A DNA stretch of 64,000 nt from an uncultured Thermoplasmata archaeon (GCA_963735185.1 CAVTJV010000007.1:872651-936650), one strand, 5' to 3'. Positions 49,847 to 59,898 are shown, numbered from the stretch's first letter. Notes: generated by a model from the letters alone, not told the origin. Made by a program: numbers and translations.

Positions 49847-50638
49847 TCACGGTGCTGACCCGACCCCGAGGTCCAGCCACGTGCGCCGTCCGACGGGGCG
49901 GAATCCCAGACGCTCGTACAGGCGCCGAGCCTCGACGCGGTCCTCCCGAACGTAGAGACCGACCCTCGCCCGGGCCTCCCGAGCGCTCGCCAGAGCGGCC
50001 TGCACGAGCACCCCCCCAACCCCTCGACCGCGGGCGTTCGGGTCGACGTAGACCCCGTTGACGACCCATATCTCGGGCAACCGCACGGCCGCACGGACCG
50101 CACCGAGGAGCGTCCCGTGGCCGAACGCTCCCCAGATCCACTCCTCGCCCGGGTCGAGGGCCGCGTACTCGGCCACCATCGGGTCCGACTGCCGCTCGGA
50201 GAACGCGACGAGCGCCGGCAGGTCGGTGCGTCCCAGCCGGCGGACCTCGACCGAGGGGGGGGCTTTCGCCTCCAACCTCGGCTTCGCGGACGGCTCGTTC
50301 GCGAGCATGAGGAGGGTGAACGGTCGCGCCGGGCCCCGAGCGGAGACCACGGCGTCCTGGAACATCTCGGGAACGATCACCACGAGGGGCCGCGCCGGGA
50401 GGGCGTCCACGAGGACGCGGGCGCGAGGGTCGGCGCCGACCCAGTGGACGACGGTCCGGGTGGGATGGCCCAGCCAGATGAGCAGGTAGCCCACGGTTTG
50501 GTCACCGTCGATGGCCGATACGAACCGGACCCGGCTCGGGGCGTAGTCGAGGTCCCAGCGGCCGTAGGCGTGGCCCAACGGGTCACGGGCCGCGGCGTGC
50601 ACGAGCCACTCCCGGTCGATCGTCGGTCGGAGCTCCAT
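49847..50638 (-). CDS. GNAT-family acetyltransferase
   Basis: GVYVDPNARGRGVG, ARRLYERLGF. Confidence 0.88.
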   Translation of the reverse strand: MELRPTIDREWLVHAAARDPLGHAYGRWDLDYAPSRVRFVSAIDGDQTVGYLLIWLGHPTRTVVHWVGADPRARVLVDALPARPLVVIVPEMFQDAVVSARGPARPFTLLMLANEPSAKPRLEAKAPPSVEVRRLGRTDLPALVAFSERQSDPMVAEYAALDPGEEWIWGAFGHGTLLGAVRAAVRLPEIWVVNGVYVDPNARGRGVGGVLVQAALASAREARARVGLYVREDRVEARRLYERLGFRPVGRRTWLDLGVGSAP

Positions 50639-50737
50639 CGCGCAGCTCCGGTGGCCGTAACCGTTCCCACTAGTTAGGGGTGCGGTCCCATCGGCTGCGA
50701 CGCGAACGGTAAATGCCGCGTCCGGGTCCGGCGCCGC

Positions 50738-51625
50738 GTGCGGGAGTATCGGCCGACCGCGGAGTTCCCCCGGCACCTCGAGGAGCTCTACGCGCGGTTC
50801 CCGTTCGACCGGTCGCTCGCGGACGACCCGGTCTCCGAGGTCCGGGCCCGGGCGGTGGACCCTCGGCGCGCCGAGGTCGCGGGGGTCTTCGCGTCCACCC
50901 TCGCCATCGGGAACACCACCGCGATCCGAGGGGCGATCGTCCGCCTCGCCGAGATCGCCGGGGGCGACGTCGGGTGGCTCGTTTCCCCGGGCCACGCACG
51001 GGAGCGGGCCCGACGCCTCGCCTCCTTCCGGCACCGGTGGATCCGGGGGGACCAGCTCGACTACCTGGCTCGTGTCCTAGAGGCGTACTACCGACGCGAG
51101 CCGTCCCTCGAGTCGGCGTTCGTCGACGGCCTCGCGAACGGAGGCTTCGCCGGCGGCCTGGACGAGCTCTCCCGCGTCCTACGGGGAGATGCGCTTCCCT
51201 CGCGCCGGGGTCCTCTGCCGCGGGGATACCGCGCGCTCTTCCCGAGCCCCCGGGATGCGGGGGGAAGCGCCTGTAAAAGGCTCACGCTGTTCGTGCGGTG
51301 GATGGTGCGCGACCGCTATCCGGACCTGGGTCTCTGGCGGCGCGTGCCGACCGGGGAGCTCAAGATCCCGCTCGACCAGCACGTCCACTGGATCGCCTAC
51401 CACCTCGGCCTCACGCACCGACGGACCCGTTCTTGGGCGGCGGTCGAGGAGGTCAGCGAGGCCCTGCGCCGGATCGACCCCCTGGACCCGGTGAAGTACG
51501 ACTTCGTCCTCTGTCACACCGGGGTCTCCGGGGACTGCCCGAAGGAACGGGACATCGCGGTCTGCGGTCCCTGCTCGGTACGACCCGATTGCCGCCTCTG
51601 GCGCGGCCGGACGGTGCGGGCGTGA
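50738..51625 (+). CDS. TIGR02757/DUF2400-like protein with C-terminal four-Cys motif
   Basis: SACKRLTLFVRWMVR, DLGLW, IPLDQHV, DPLDPVKYDFVL, then C-x8-C-x2-C-x5-C. Confidence 0.85.
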   Translation: MREYRPTAEFPRHLEELYARFPFDRSLADDPVSEVRARAVDPRRAEVAGVFASTLAIGNTTAIRGAIVRLAEIAGGDVGWLVSPGHARERARRLASFRHRWIRGDQLDYLARVLEAYYRREPSLESAFVDGLANGGFAGGLDELSRVLRGDALPSRRGPLPRGYRALFPSPRDAGGSACKRLTLFVRWMVRDRYPDLGLWRRVPTGELKIPLDQHVHWIAYHLGLTHRRTRSWAAVEEVSEALRRIDPLDPVKYDFVLCHTGVSGDCPKERDIAVCGPCSVRPDCRLWRGRTVRA

Positions 51626-52029
51626 GCGAAACGTTCGTCCCCCTCACGATCGACCCCGGCCTGCTGATGCGCTACCGCGCGGCCGGACAGAAGATCGCCT
51701 GGCGCGAGACATCGACCGGAACGAGGCGTCCTGCGGGTCCGCGCGCCCGAATCGCCCACCTCCACGACGAGGAGGCGCGGGTCGAAGTGGAGGAGCGGGG
51801 CCGTCACGTCCGAGTCACGGTCGCCTCCGGCCCCGTGGGAGCCCTCGTGCTCCTCCTCGAGGTCGACCGGCGCGGGCCGCCGAGCGCGCTCGGCGCCCAG
51901 GAAGCCGGCCGGAACCCCGCGTTTCCCTCCGGCGCGATCGTCGCCGCGTGGGGAGGGGAGACGGTCCCGGAGGACTCGCGACCCGGTCTTAGCGACCTCG
52001 TCGAGCTCGCGCGCTACGCCCTCGCATAG
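51622..52029 (+). CDS. Hypothetical protein
   Basis: GTGA overlap with the upstream stop; protein-like composition. Confidence 0.6.
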   Translation: MSETFVPLTIDPGLLMRYRAAGQKIAWRETSTGTRRPAGPRARIAHLHDEEARVEVEERGRHVRVTVASGPVGALVLLLEVDRRGPPSALGAQEAGRNPAFPSGAIVAAWGGETVPEDSRPGLSDLVELARYALA

Positions 52030-52046
52030 GCTGCGGAATGCTTATA

Positions 52047-52081
52047 TTTCCTAACTATTCGGATGCCGAATAATTAGGAAA
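52047..52081. promoter_or_regulatory. Inverted repeat, probable MarR operator
   Basis: TTTCCTAACTATTCGG-atg-CCGAATAATTAGGAAA: 16-bp arms with one mismatch, between TATA (TTATAT 52042-52047) and ATG 52086. Confidence 0.75.
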
Positions 52082-52085
52082 CCTC

Positions 52086-52574
52086 ATGGTAGGTGTGGCC
52101 CCGACCCTCGAGCGCCGGTCCGAATCGAACGACGTCGTGCGGCTCATCGACCTCGTCCACGAGGTCTTGCGCGCGTCGTTGCGAGAACTCCACCCGACCC
52201 TTACGAAGGAGGGGATCACGATGGGACAGTTCTGGGCCATTCACACCGTCTCGAGCCTTCAGGGCGCGTCGGTCAGCACGGTCGCCCGATACCTCGGGGT
52301 GTCCGCTCCGACGGTCTGCGCGAACATCGACCAGCTCGAGGATGCGGGCCTCGTACGACGCCACCGCTCCGAACGGGACCGGCGCGCGGTCGAGCTCTCC
52401 CTCACGCCGCGGGGGCGGAGGGTCGAGGCCCGAGTCTGGAGCGAGGTCGCGGGAGTCATGGCCGAGGCCGCCCGCGGGTTACCTGAAACCGACGTCGCGG
52501 CCTCCGTCCGGGTCTTCACCGCGGTCACGCACCGTCTCGGTCGAACCGGTACCCTCGGTCCGGAGGGCACGTGA
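52086..52574 (+). CDS. MarR-family transcriptional regulator
   Basis: GITMGQFWAI, VARYLGVSAPTV, LEDAGLVRR...DRRAVELSLTPRG. Confidence 0.92.
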   Translation: MVGVAPTLERRSESNDVVRLIDLVHEVLRASLRELHPTLTKEGITMGQFWAIHTVSSLQGASVSTVARYLGVSAPTVCANIDQLEDAGLVRRHRSERDRRAVELSLTPRGRRVEARVWSEVAGVMAEAARGLPETDVAASVRVFTAVTHRLGRTGTLGPEGT

Positions 52575-54184
52575 ACGCTTCCGATCGGCACCTCACGGCT
52601 GCCGGCACGCCCTACAACCCGCACGCGGCGCGGGGGGCCATCATCGTCCTCGCGGTGATGGCGCTCATGGTCACGTACGTCGAGACGATGGTCCTGCCCG
52701 CGTTCTCGGCGTTCCGAACGTTCTTCGACAACGCACCGACCACCACGGTCGTCTGGATCATTTCGGCCTACCTGCTCGTCGGGACGGTCGCGACCCCGGT
52801 CTTCGGCAAGCTCGGGGACAAGTACGGCAAGAAGCGGATGCTGCTCATCGTGATGGCGCTGTACGCGGTCGTCGTCAGCATCGCCGGGTTTACCCCGAAC
52901 ATCGGGGCGGCGTTCGGAGTCGACCGGGCGAACCAGATCTACCTCCTGATCGGCGTCCGTGCGGTCCAGGGGCTCGGGATGGGCATGTTCCCGCTCGCCT
53001 TCGCGATGTTACCCGAGGTCTTCCCCGCCGCCCGGGTCGGCCAGGCCCAGGGAATCGTCTCGGGGATGTTCGCCGCGGGCGCGGCGCTGGGGCTCGTGGG
53101 CGGCGGTTACATCGCGTACCAATTCGGCTGGCAGCTCACGTATCATACCGTCACCCCGATCGCGATCCTCCTCGTGATCCTCGCGTACTTCTACCTCCAT
53201 GAGTCGCCGCACCTCTCCCCGAAACCGATCGACCTCCCCGGCATCGGGTCTCTCGGCCTCGCGCTCGCGATGGTGATGTTCGGGCTTACGGAGGGGGTCT
53301 ACTGGGGCTGGACGAGCTTCTCGGCCGTCACGTTCGCCGGCATTCCGTGGGGGGTTCCCGAGTTCTTCCTCCTCGCCCTCGCCGCTACCGCGTTCTTCCT
53401 GTATTGGGAGCCGCGGGCCCCGACACCGGTCGTCTCGTTCAGGGCTCTCAAGGAACGGAACATCTGGATATCGAACGTCAACGCGGTCATCGTGGGCATG
53501 GGGATGTTCCTCATCTTCGTCACCCTCACGATCCTCGTCGAGGACCCGATCTCCCCCGGCTTCGGGTACACCGAGTTCCAGTTCGGTCTGGTCGCGCTGC
53601 CCTCGGCGCTCGGGATGCTCGCCTTCGCTCCGCTCTGGGGTCGCTGGGTCGCCGTGAAAGGACCGAAGCCCGTGATGCTCGCTGGCTTCGCCATCATGGG
53701 CCTCGGCGCACTCGGACTGACGCTCTTCCATGCCTCGGTCCTCGAGCTGATGGTGTTCACCGTCCCGGCGCTCGTCGGGAACGTCGCGGTGCTCATCGCG
53801 ATGTCGAACATCATCGTGCTCTCCGTCTCGCCGAAGGAGCTCGGGATCCAGACCGGGATGAACCAGACGTTCCGGAATCTGGGGAGCGCGGTCGGGCCGG
53901 TCCTCGCGGCGGCGGTCACCGCGAGCTACACGGCCGCGGCCGTGGTCGCGACGACCCCACGCGGACCGATCACCGCGAACGTCCCGTCCATCACGGGTTT
54001 TGTTCTCCTCTTCGCGGTCACCGCGGCCATCGCCGCGGTCGGGCTGGTCCTGTCGCTCGGCCTACGGAACTACCGGTTCCACGCCGACGGGACCCGGCTC
54101 GGGGCTCCGTCCACGGTCGGGGACGTGCCCACCCCGCTCGTCGGCGAGCCCGCCCCCGCCGTATCGGCGGGTCGTTCGTCGTAG
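52571..54184 (+). CDS. MFS transporter (DHA2-like, about 14 TM)
   Basis: Motif A GKLGDKYGKKR, RAVQGLG, many TM helices; coupled to marR. Confidence 0.92.
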   Translation: MNASDRHLTAAGTPYNPHAARGAIIVLAVMALMVTYVETMVLPAFSAFRTFFDNAPTTTVVWIISAYLLVGTVATPVFGKLGDKYGKKRMLLIVMALYAVVVSIAGFTPNIGAAFGVDRANQIYLLIGVRAVQGLGMGMFPLAFAMLPEVFPAARVGQAQGIVSGMFAAGAALGLVGGGYIAYQFGWQLTYHTVTPIAILLVILAYFYLHESPHLSPKPIDLPGIGSLGLALAMVMFGLTEGVYWGWTSFSAVTFAGIPWGVPEFFLLALAATAFFLYWEPRAPTPVVSFRALKERNIWISNVNAVIVGMGMFLIFVTLTILVEDPISPGFGYTEFQFGLVALPSALGMLAFAPLWGRWVAVKGPKPVMLAGFAIMGLGALGLTLFHASVLELMVFTVPALVGNVAVLIAMSNIIVLSVSPKELGIQTGMNQTFRNLGSAVGPVLAAAVTASYTAAAVVATTPRGPITANVPSITGFVLLFAVTAAIAAVGLVLSLGLRNYRFHADGTRLGAPSTVGDVPTPLVGEPAPAVSAGRSS

Positions 54185-54208
54185 GCCGGGCCGCTTCGCG
54201 CCGCGGTC

Positions 54209-57001
54209 CTACGAGCAACCGCTCGTGGAGCCGCAGACCGTGCACGCGTAGCACGTGCCCGACCGGACCATGATGCCGCCGCAGATCCCGCACGAAGGGG
54301 CATCCTCGCTCCCGCTGCCGGCGCCACCGGAGAATGCGTCCAAGGCGCGGGTCTCGAACTTCACCGTCGACGGGTGGGTGGGCGTCGCCTTGCCGCCCCC
54401 CGCGGGCGCGGGGAGATGGCCGTTGCCGTTCCCTTCCGCGGCGCCTTCGAGCCCGATCGCGCGCCGCTCGTCCTCGGTCAGGAACTCGAGCGCGAGCCAG
54501 CGGGCCACGTAGTCGGGGATCGACTTCGCGAAGCGGATCTTCGGGTTGTTGGTCGCCCCGGCCGGCTCGAACCGGAGGTGGGCGAGCTTGCGGACGAGGT
54601 CCTTCAACGGCACCCCGTGCTGGAGCGCCATCGACATCGAGATCCCGAGCGAGTCCATGAGGCCGTTCACGGTCGACCCTTCCTTCGTGACCCGGAAGAA
54701 CAGCTCTCCCGGCCGGCCGTCCGGATAGAGCCCGACGGTGACGTACCCGTCGTGCCCGCCGACGGAGAAGTGGTGCGTGATCGCCTTCCGCTCGTCGGGG
54801 AGACGCTCCCGGGACGGGCCGCGCGGTCCCACCCGTGCTCCCGCCGTCCGGCCTTTCCCCGTCTCGAACGGCTGGGATGCCTTGCAGCCGTCGCGGTAGA
54901 GCGCGACCGACTTGATCCCGAGCTTCCACGCCTCGAGGTAGATCTTCTCGATGTCCTCGACGGTCGCGTCGTTCGGGAGGTTGATCGTTTTGGACGCCCC
55001 ACCCGAGAGGAACGGCTGGACGGCGCCCAGCATCTTGAGATGCCCCATCGGTGCAATCGTCCGAACGCTGCCGGACGGAGCGAGCGCGCAGTCGAAGACG
55101 TTGATGTCCTCCGCCTCGAGGCCTGGAGCCCCTTCGATCGTCCCGGTCTTTTCGATATGCTCGGTGATGGCCCGGATCTCGTCCGGGGAGTAGCCGAGGG
55201 CGAGGAGGCCGTTCGGCACGGTGTGGTTGACCATGCGCAGGACCCCGCCGCCGACGAGGTTCTTCACCTTGACGAGGGAGAGCTCGGGCTCGAGGCCGAG
55301 GGTGTCGCAGCCCATGAGGAGCCCGATCGTGCCGGTTGGAGCGATGACGGAGATCTGGGCGTTCCGGTAGCCCCAGAGCTCGCCGGCCTTCACCGTGTCG
55401 TGCCAGCGGTCGACCGCGGCCTGGGCAAACGGCGTCAGGCGGGGGTCGTTGTAGGAGATCTCCTCGGCGGCCATCGCGTGCTTCCCCATGACCCGGAGCA
55501 TCGGAGCCCGGTTCCGCTCGAAGCCGGGGAACGGGCCGACCCGCTTCGCGATCTCGCTCGACATGTGGTACCCCTCGGCCGATAGGAATGCCGAGACGGA
55601 GCCCGCGAGCGTGCGCCCCGCGTCCGAGTCGTAGGCGAGGCCGTAGTGCATGAGCAGGGCGCCGAGGTTCGCGTACCCGAGGCCGAGCGGTCGGTAGTCG
55701 TGCGAGTTCTGGGCGATCGCCGCGGTCGGGTAGCTCGAGGCGTCGACGATGATCTCCATCGCGAGCACCATCGTCCGGACGGTCTGCCGGAACAGTTCGA
55801 TGTCGAACTGGCCCTTCGCGTCCAGGAACCGCATCAGATTGATCGACGCGAGGTTGCACGCCGAGTCGTCCAGGAACAGGTACTCGCTGCACGGGTTGGA
55901 GGCGTTGATCCGGCCGGAGTTCGGGCACGTATGCCAGTCGTTCGTCACGTCATCGAACTGGACGCCCGGGTCCCCGCAACGCCAGGTCGCGTACGCGAGC
56001 TTGCGCCACAGCTCGCGCGCCGGGTACGTGCCGGCGACCGAGTGGTCGGTCCGGTTGAACGTCTTCCACTCCTTGTCGCGGACGACGGCTTCCATGAATG
56101 CGTCCGGGACGCGGACCGAGTGGTTCGCGTTCTGGTAGGCGATGGACGCGTACGCGGAATCGGGGTCGGTGCCGTCGAAGTTGGCCGAATAGCCTTCCCG
56201 GATGAGGGCCGCCGCCTTGTCTTCCTCGCGGACCTTGCAGTCGATGAAGTCCACGATGTCGGGGTGGTCCATGTTGAGGATCACCATCTTCGCCGCGCGG
56301 CGGGTCGTCCCGCCGCTCTTGATGACGCCCGCGAGGGCGTCGAACGCTCGCATGAACGAAACCGGTCCGGAGGCGATCCCGCCGCCCGCGAGCTTCTCGT
56401 GGCTTCCGCGGAGCGGGGACAGGTTGGTGCCGGTCCCGCTCCCGCCCTTGAACAGGCGGCCCTCGCTCGTCGCGAGCGCCAGGATCGAGTCCATGTCGTC
56501 CACGACCGACTGGATGAAGCACGCCGAGCACTGGGGCGGGTCGCGGACGCCGACGTTGAACCAGACGGGGCTGTTGAACGCCGCCATCTGTTGGACCATG
56601 AGGTACGAGAGGCTCTCCTCGAACGTCGTCGCCTCGTCCGGCGTGTCGAGGTAGCCGAGGTCGAGGCCCCGCTCGGCCATGAAGTGGCAGACGCGCCGGA
56701 TCATTCCGTCGATCGAGTTCTCCCGACGACCCTGCAGGACGCGGAAGTACTTCGACGCGGCGATGTTGACGCTCGTCTCTGACCAGGACGCCGGGGCGCG
56801 GATCCCCTTCTGCTCGAAGATGACCTTCCCGTCGGCGTTCTTGATCACGGCGTCGTGGGTCTTCCATTGCACCGTGTCGAACGCGGTCTTTCCGCGAGGA
56901 ACGAGGCGCGGCACCGGAATCGGTTCGCGCCCGATGCGAGTGGCGGGCCGTGCGGCCGGCTCGTCCGACGCGGGCGCGGTGCGCTTCTTGGCGACTGCCA
57001 T
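54209..57001 (-). CDS. nrdJ: Class II (B12-dependent) ribonucleotide reductase
   Basis: FNSPVWFN, QCSACFI, SGGTTRRAAKM, SNPCSEY, ACNLASINL, APTGTI, SKTIN, YRDGCK; C-terminal zinc ribbon. Confidence 0.96.
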   Translation of the reverse strand: MAVAKKRTAPASDEPAARPATRIGREPIPVPRLVPRGKTAFDTVQWKTHDAVIKNADGKVIFEQKGIRAPASWSETSVNIAASKYFRVLQGRRENSIDGMIRRVCHFMAERGLDLGYLDTPDEATTFEESLSYLMVQQMAAFNSPVWFNVGVRDPPQCSACFIQSVVDDMDSILALATSEGRLFKGGSGTGTNLSPLRGSHEKLAGGGIASGPVSFMRAFDALAGVIKSGGTTRRAAKMVILNMDHPDIVDFIDCKVREEDKAAALIREGYSANFDGTDPDSAYASIAYQNANHSVRVPDAFMEAVVRDKEWKTFNRTDHSVAGTYPARELWRKLAYATWRCGDPGVQFDDVTNDWHTCPNSGRINASNPCSEYLFLDDSACNLASINLMRFLDAKGQFDIELFRQTVRTMVLAMEIIVDASSYPTAAIAQNSHDYRPLGLGYANLGALLMHYGLAYDSDAGRTLAGSVSAFLSAEGYHMSSEIAKRVGPFPGFERNRAPMLRVMGKHAMAAEEISYNDPRLTPFAQAAVDRWHDTVKAGELWGYRNAQISVIAPTGTIGLLMGCDTLGLEPELSLVKVKNLVGGGVLRMVNHTVPNGLLALGYSPDEIRAITEHIEKTGTIEGAPGLEAEDINVFDCALAPSGSVRTIAPMGHLKMLGAVQPFLSGGASKTINLPNDATVEDIEKIYLEAWKLGIKSVALYRDGCKASQPFETGKGRTAGARVGPRGPSRERLPDERKAITHHFSVGGHDGYVTVGLYPDGRPGELFFRVTKEGSTVNGLMDSLGISMSMALQHGVPLKDLVRKLAHLRFEPAGATNNPKIRFAKSIPDYVARWLALEFLTEDERRAIGLEGAAEGNGNGHLPAPAGGGKATPTHPSTVKFETRALDAFSGGAGSGSEDAPSCGICGGIMVRSGTCYACTVCGSTSGCS

Positions 57002-57414
57002 GACGGCTTTACTCCTGAAGGATCGACGGAACGTCCCGACCGATAGGTAATAACACCACGCGAGAGCCTAACCCCTCGGCCGGTCCCTGAAACGGCCCTG
57101 TCGAGAGGCTGTTTCGGGACGGTCGCCGGCGGTCGGGCGCGCGAATGGTGTCGCTCGGGACACCGTGAAAACCCTCCGGATGCGAGCGAAGCGTCATCCG
57201 GTATAAGTTTGCTTGGTCGTGGCCGCGGCGACAGCGACGAAGATCGCGTCGTCCGAAGCGCACACGCCGTTCCTTGGTAAGAGGAGTTCCGAATCTCCGA
57301 CCGATCCGCCGGTCGGGGCCACGTCGTTCAGGCCCGGGGATGACCGCTCGCGACCGGGCGCGAGAAACAGCGCACCGAGACCGGCAGCGCCAGGCCTAGG
57401 CTCACGATAGGAGG

Positions 57415-57455
57415 AAAAAAAAGAGGGTGGGGAACCTTCCCGAAGGAAGGTCCCC
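57415..57455 (-). terminator. Hairpin plus U-tract terminator
   Basis: Minus strand GGGGACCUUCC-UUCG-GGAAGGUUCCCC followed by U8, just downstream of the 57474 stop. Confidence 0.75.
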
Positions 57456-57473
57456 AAGAAAGGGTGACGCCGT

Positions 57474-57689
57474 TCAGGCGTTCTTCATCTTGGCGCGAGA
57501 GACGAACCCCTTCTTGTCAAGGAAGTACATGTAACCGTCTTGACGGGTGATCTTCTCCGTGCCGACGCGGCCCTTCTTGCCGGACTTGTTCAGCTTCGTG
57601 GGGGTCTTCCAGAGATACCCGTCCTTGCCGAGGTAGTACAGGTAACCCTTCTCTCGCTTGATCTGCTCCTTGCCTACACGTTCCGCCAT
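57474..57689 (-). CDS. Small basic CC1-like chromatin protein
   Basis: 71 aa, Lys-rich, internal duplication IKREKGYLYYLGKDG / ITRQDGYMYFLDKKG. Confidence 0.75.
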   Translation of the reverse strand: MAERVGKEQIKREKGYLYYLGKDGYLWKTPTKLNKSGKKGRVGTEKITRQDGYMYFLDKKGFVSRAKMKNA

Positions 57690-57727
57690 TTTGGCGACCT
57701 CGAGGGCGAGGAGTGGAGCCCCCCTAT

Positions 57728-58999
57728 TTAGAAGTGCTGACGGAGTGTCGGCGGAGAAATCGGGTTTCCCTGACGGAAAACCGAGCCCGGAATCACGTCG
57801 AAACGGTATCCGAGCTGGTCGACCGCGGGGACGGGGAACACGGCGAAGTCGGCGGGCCGGCCCGGAGCGACCGTACCCGCGTACTCGAGGCCGACGGCGT
57901 GCGCCGCGTTGACGGTCGCCGCCGTCAGCGCTTCCGCCGGTGACAGCCGAGCGGCGTGGACCGCGTGGGCGAGCACGAGGGGCATCGCCTCGACCCAGGA
58001 GTTCGGCGAGCAATCCGTGCCGAGGGCGACGGGAACGCCGGCATCCACCATCTCCCGGCCTTGGCTACGGACGCCGGGGGAGGCGGTGAGCGCCGTGATC
58101 GGGAGGAGCACCGCCGTGACGCCGCTCTTCGCGAGGAGCGCGCGGTCCTCGGCTCGCGCCGCGAGCAGGTGGTCGGCCGACACGGCGCGGAGCCGCGATG
58201 CGAGGCGAGCGCCGCCGGAGAGGACGAACTCCTCGGCGTGGATCTTGGCGCCGAGGCCGAGGGAGAGCGCGGCGCGCAGAAGCCGCTCGGACTGACGGAC
58301 GGAGAAGAACCCCGGTTCGCAGAAGACGTCGCAGAAGCGGGCGAGTCCCTCCTTCGCTACCCTCGGAAGCGCCTCCCGGACGAGGAGGTCGACGTACGCA
58401 TCGGGCCGAGCCCGGTACTCGGGCGCGACCGCGTGCGCGCCGAGGAACGTGGGCACGAGCTGTAGCCCGGTGCGCCGGGCGAGCCGCGGGATGAGGCGAA
58501 GGAGCCGCAGCTCTCCCTCGACCGTGAGAGCGTAGCCGGACTTCACCTCGACCGAGGTGGTCCCCCAACCTCCCATGCGACCCAGCCGGCCCGCCGCCTC
58601 GGCAATCAGCGTTGCGTCGGAGGCCGCGCGGGTCGCCCGCACGGTCGCATAGAGGCCCCCGCCGGCCCGCGCGATCTCGGCATACCCGACCCCCCGTACC
58701 TTGAGCGGGAGCTCGAACGCCCGGTTCCCCGCGAAGAGGACGTGGGTGTGCGCGTCCACGAACCCCGGGACCACGACCCCGCCCTCCGCCGACAGGCGCC
58801 GCCCTCCGGGACGAAGGCGGACGGATCGGGATAGGGCGCGTTCGCGCCCGACCCAGACGAAACACCCCTCGGCGACCGCGATGGCCGCGTCCGGGACGAC
58901 CCCGAGCTCCTCGGCGTCCTTCCCGATGCGGGGCAACGGCCCCCGGGCGAGGGTCGCGAGCTCGCGGATGTCGGTCACGACGAGGTCTGCCGAGATCAT
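57728..58999 (-). CDS. hutI: Imidazolonepropionase
   Basis: PGFVDAHTHVLFAG, YAEIARAGGG, EVKSGY, TFLGAH, DVFCE, HAEE, SADHL, ALGTDCSP. Confidence 0.93.
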   Translation of the reverse strand: MISADLVVTDIRELATLARGPLPRIGKDAEELGVVPDAAIAVAEGCFVWVGRERALSRSVRLRPGGRRLSAEGGVVVPGFVDAHTHVLFAGNRAFELPLKVRGVGYAEIARAGGGLYATVRATRAASDATLIAEAAGRLGRMGGWGTTSVEVKSGYALTVEGELRLLRLIPRLARRTGLQLVPTFLGAHAVAPEYRARPDAYVDLLVREALPRVAKEGLARFCDVFCEPGFFSVRQSERLLRAALSLGLGAKIHAEEFVLSGGARLASRLRAVSADHLLAARAEDRALLAKSGVTAVLLPITALTASPGVRSQGREMVDAGVPVALGTDCSPNSWVEAMPLVLAHAVHAARLSPAEALTAATVNAAHAVGLEYAGTVAPGRPADFAVFPVPAVDQLGYRFDVIPGSVFRQGNPISPPTLRQHF

Positions 59000-59898
59000 G
59001 GTTGCAGGATGGGGTGGTCGAGGAGGTCCCGAGCGACCTGAGAGCCCGGGAAGAGGATGCGCGCTTCGGATTCGAGCGGTTCCAGCTCCTTGTAGCGGGC
59101 CGAGAAATGCGTGAGGAAGAGGGTGGCGACCTCGGCGGCGTTCGCGAGCTCCGCTGCCTGGCGGGCCGAGGAGTGGCCCCATTCGTTCGCCTGGGCCTCG
59201 AGCTCCTGGGAGACCGTGGCCTCGTGGATGAGGACGGTGGCTCGGTGCGCCAGGCGTTGCACCTCCTCCGATGGCGCGGTGTCGCCCGAGTACACCACCG
59301 ACCGGCCGGAGCGTGGCGGTCCCATCACGTCCGAGGGACTGACCACGGTCGACCCGACCCGGACCGACTCACCGGCCTCGAGCTTGGCAAAGTCCCGCCC
59401 GTGGATCCCGAGGGAATGGGCCTTCGCTCCGTCGAACCGACCCCGCTTGGGGCCTTCCTCGACCCGATAGGCGAGGGAGGGGACAGGGTGGATGGCGGCC
59501 GCGGTGCGCACCGTATAGCCGTCCAGCTCGACCGTGGCACCGGCGGAAAGCGCGTGGACGGTGACCGGGAACCGGAGGGTGAAGTATCCCATCCGGAGCG
59601 CCCTCCCGACCATCTCCTCGGCATCGGGGGGTCCGTAGACGTCGAGCGGCTCGGTCCGGTTGTTGAGGCACATGCTCTGGATGAGGCCCGGGAGACCGAG
59701 GAAATGGTCTCCGTGAAAGTGGGTCAGGAAGACCCTGCGGACCCGCATGAACGACGCGGACGACTGGAAGAACTGGCGTTGGGTGCCTTCCCCGCAGTCG
59801 AGGAGGATGAGCTCCTTCTCCGCGTCCAACGCGATCGCGCTCGCCGACCGCTCCTTGGTCGGCCACGAGCCTGCGGTGCCGAGAAAGGTCAGGCGCAT
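58996..59898 (-). CDS. rnz: Ribonuclease Z
   Basis: FLGTAGS, DCGEGTQRQ, THFHGDHFLG, YSGDT, HEAT, GHSS, THFSARY. Confidence 0.96.
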   Translation of the reverse strand: MRLTFLGTAGSWPTKERSASAIALDAEKELILLDCGEGTQRQFFQSSASFMRVRRVFLTHFHGDHFLGLPGLIQSMCLNNRTEPLDVYGPPDAEEMVGRALRMGYFTLRFPVTVHALSAGATVELDGYTVRTAAAIHPVPSLAYRVEEGPKRGRFDGAKAHSLGIHGRDFAKLEAGESVRVGSTVVSPSDVMGPPRSGRSVVYSGDTAPSEEVQRLAHRATVLIHEATVSQELEAQANEWGHSSARQAAELANAAEVATLFLTHFSARYKELEPLESEARILFPGSQVARDLLDHPILQP

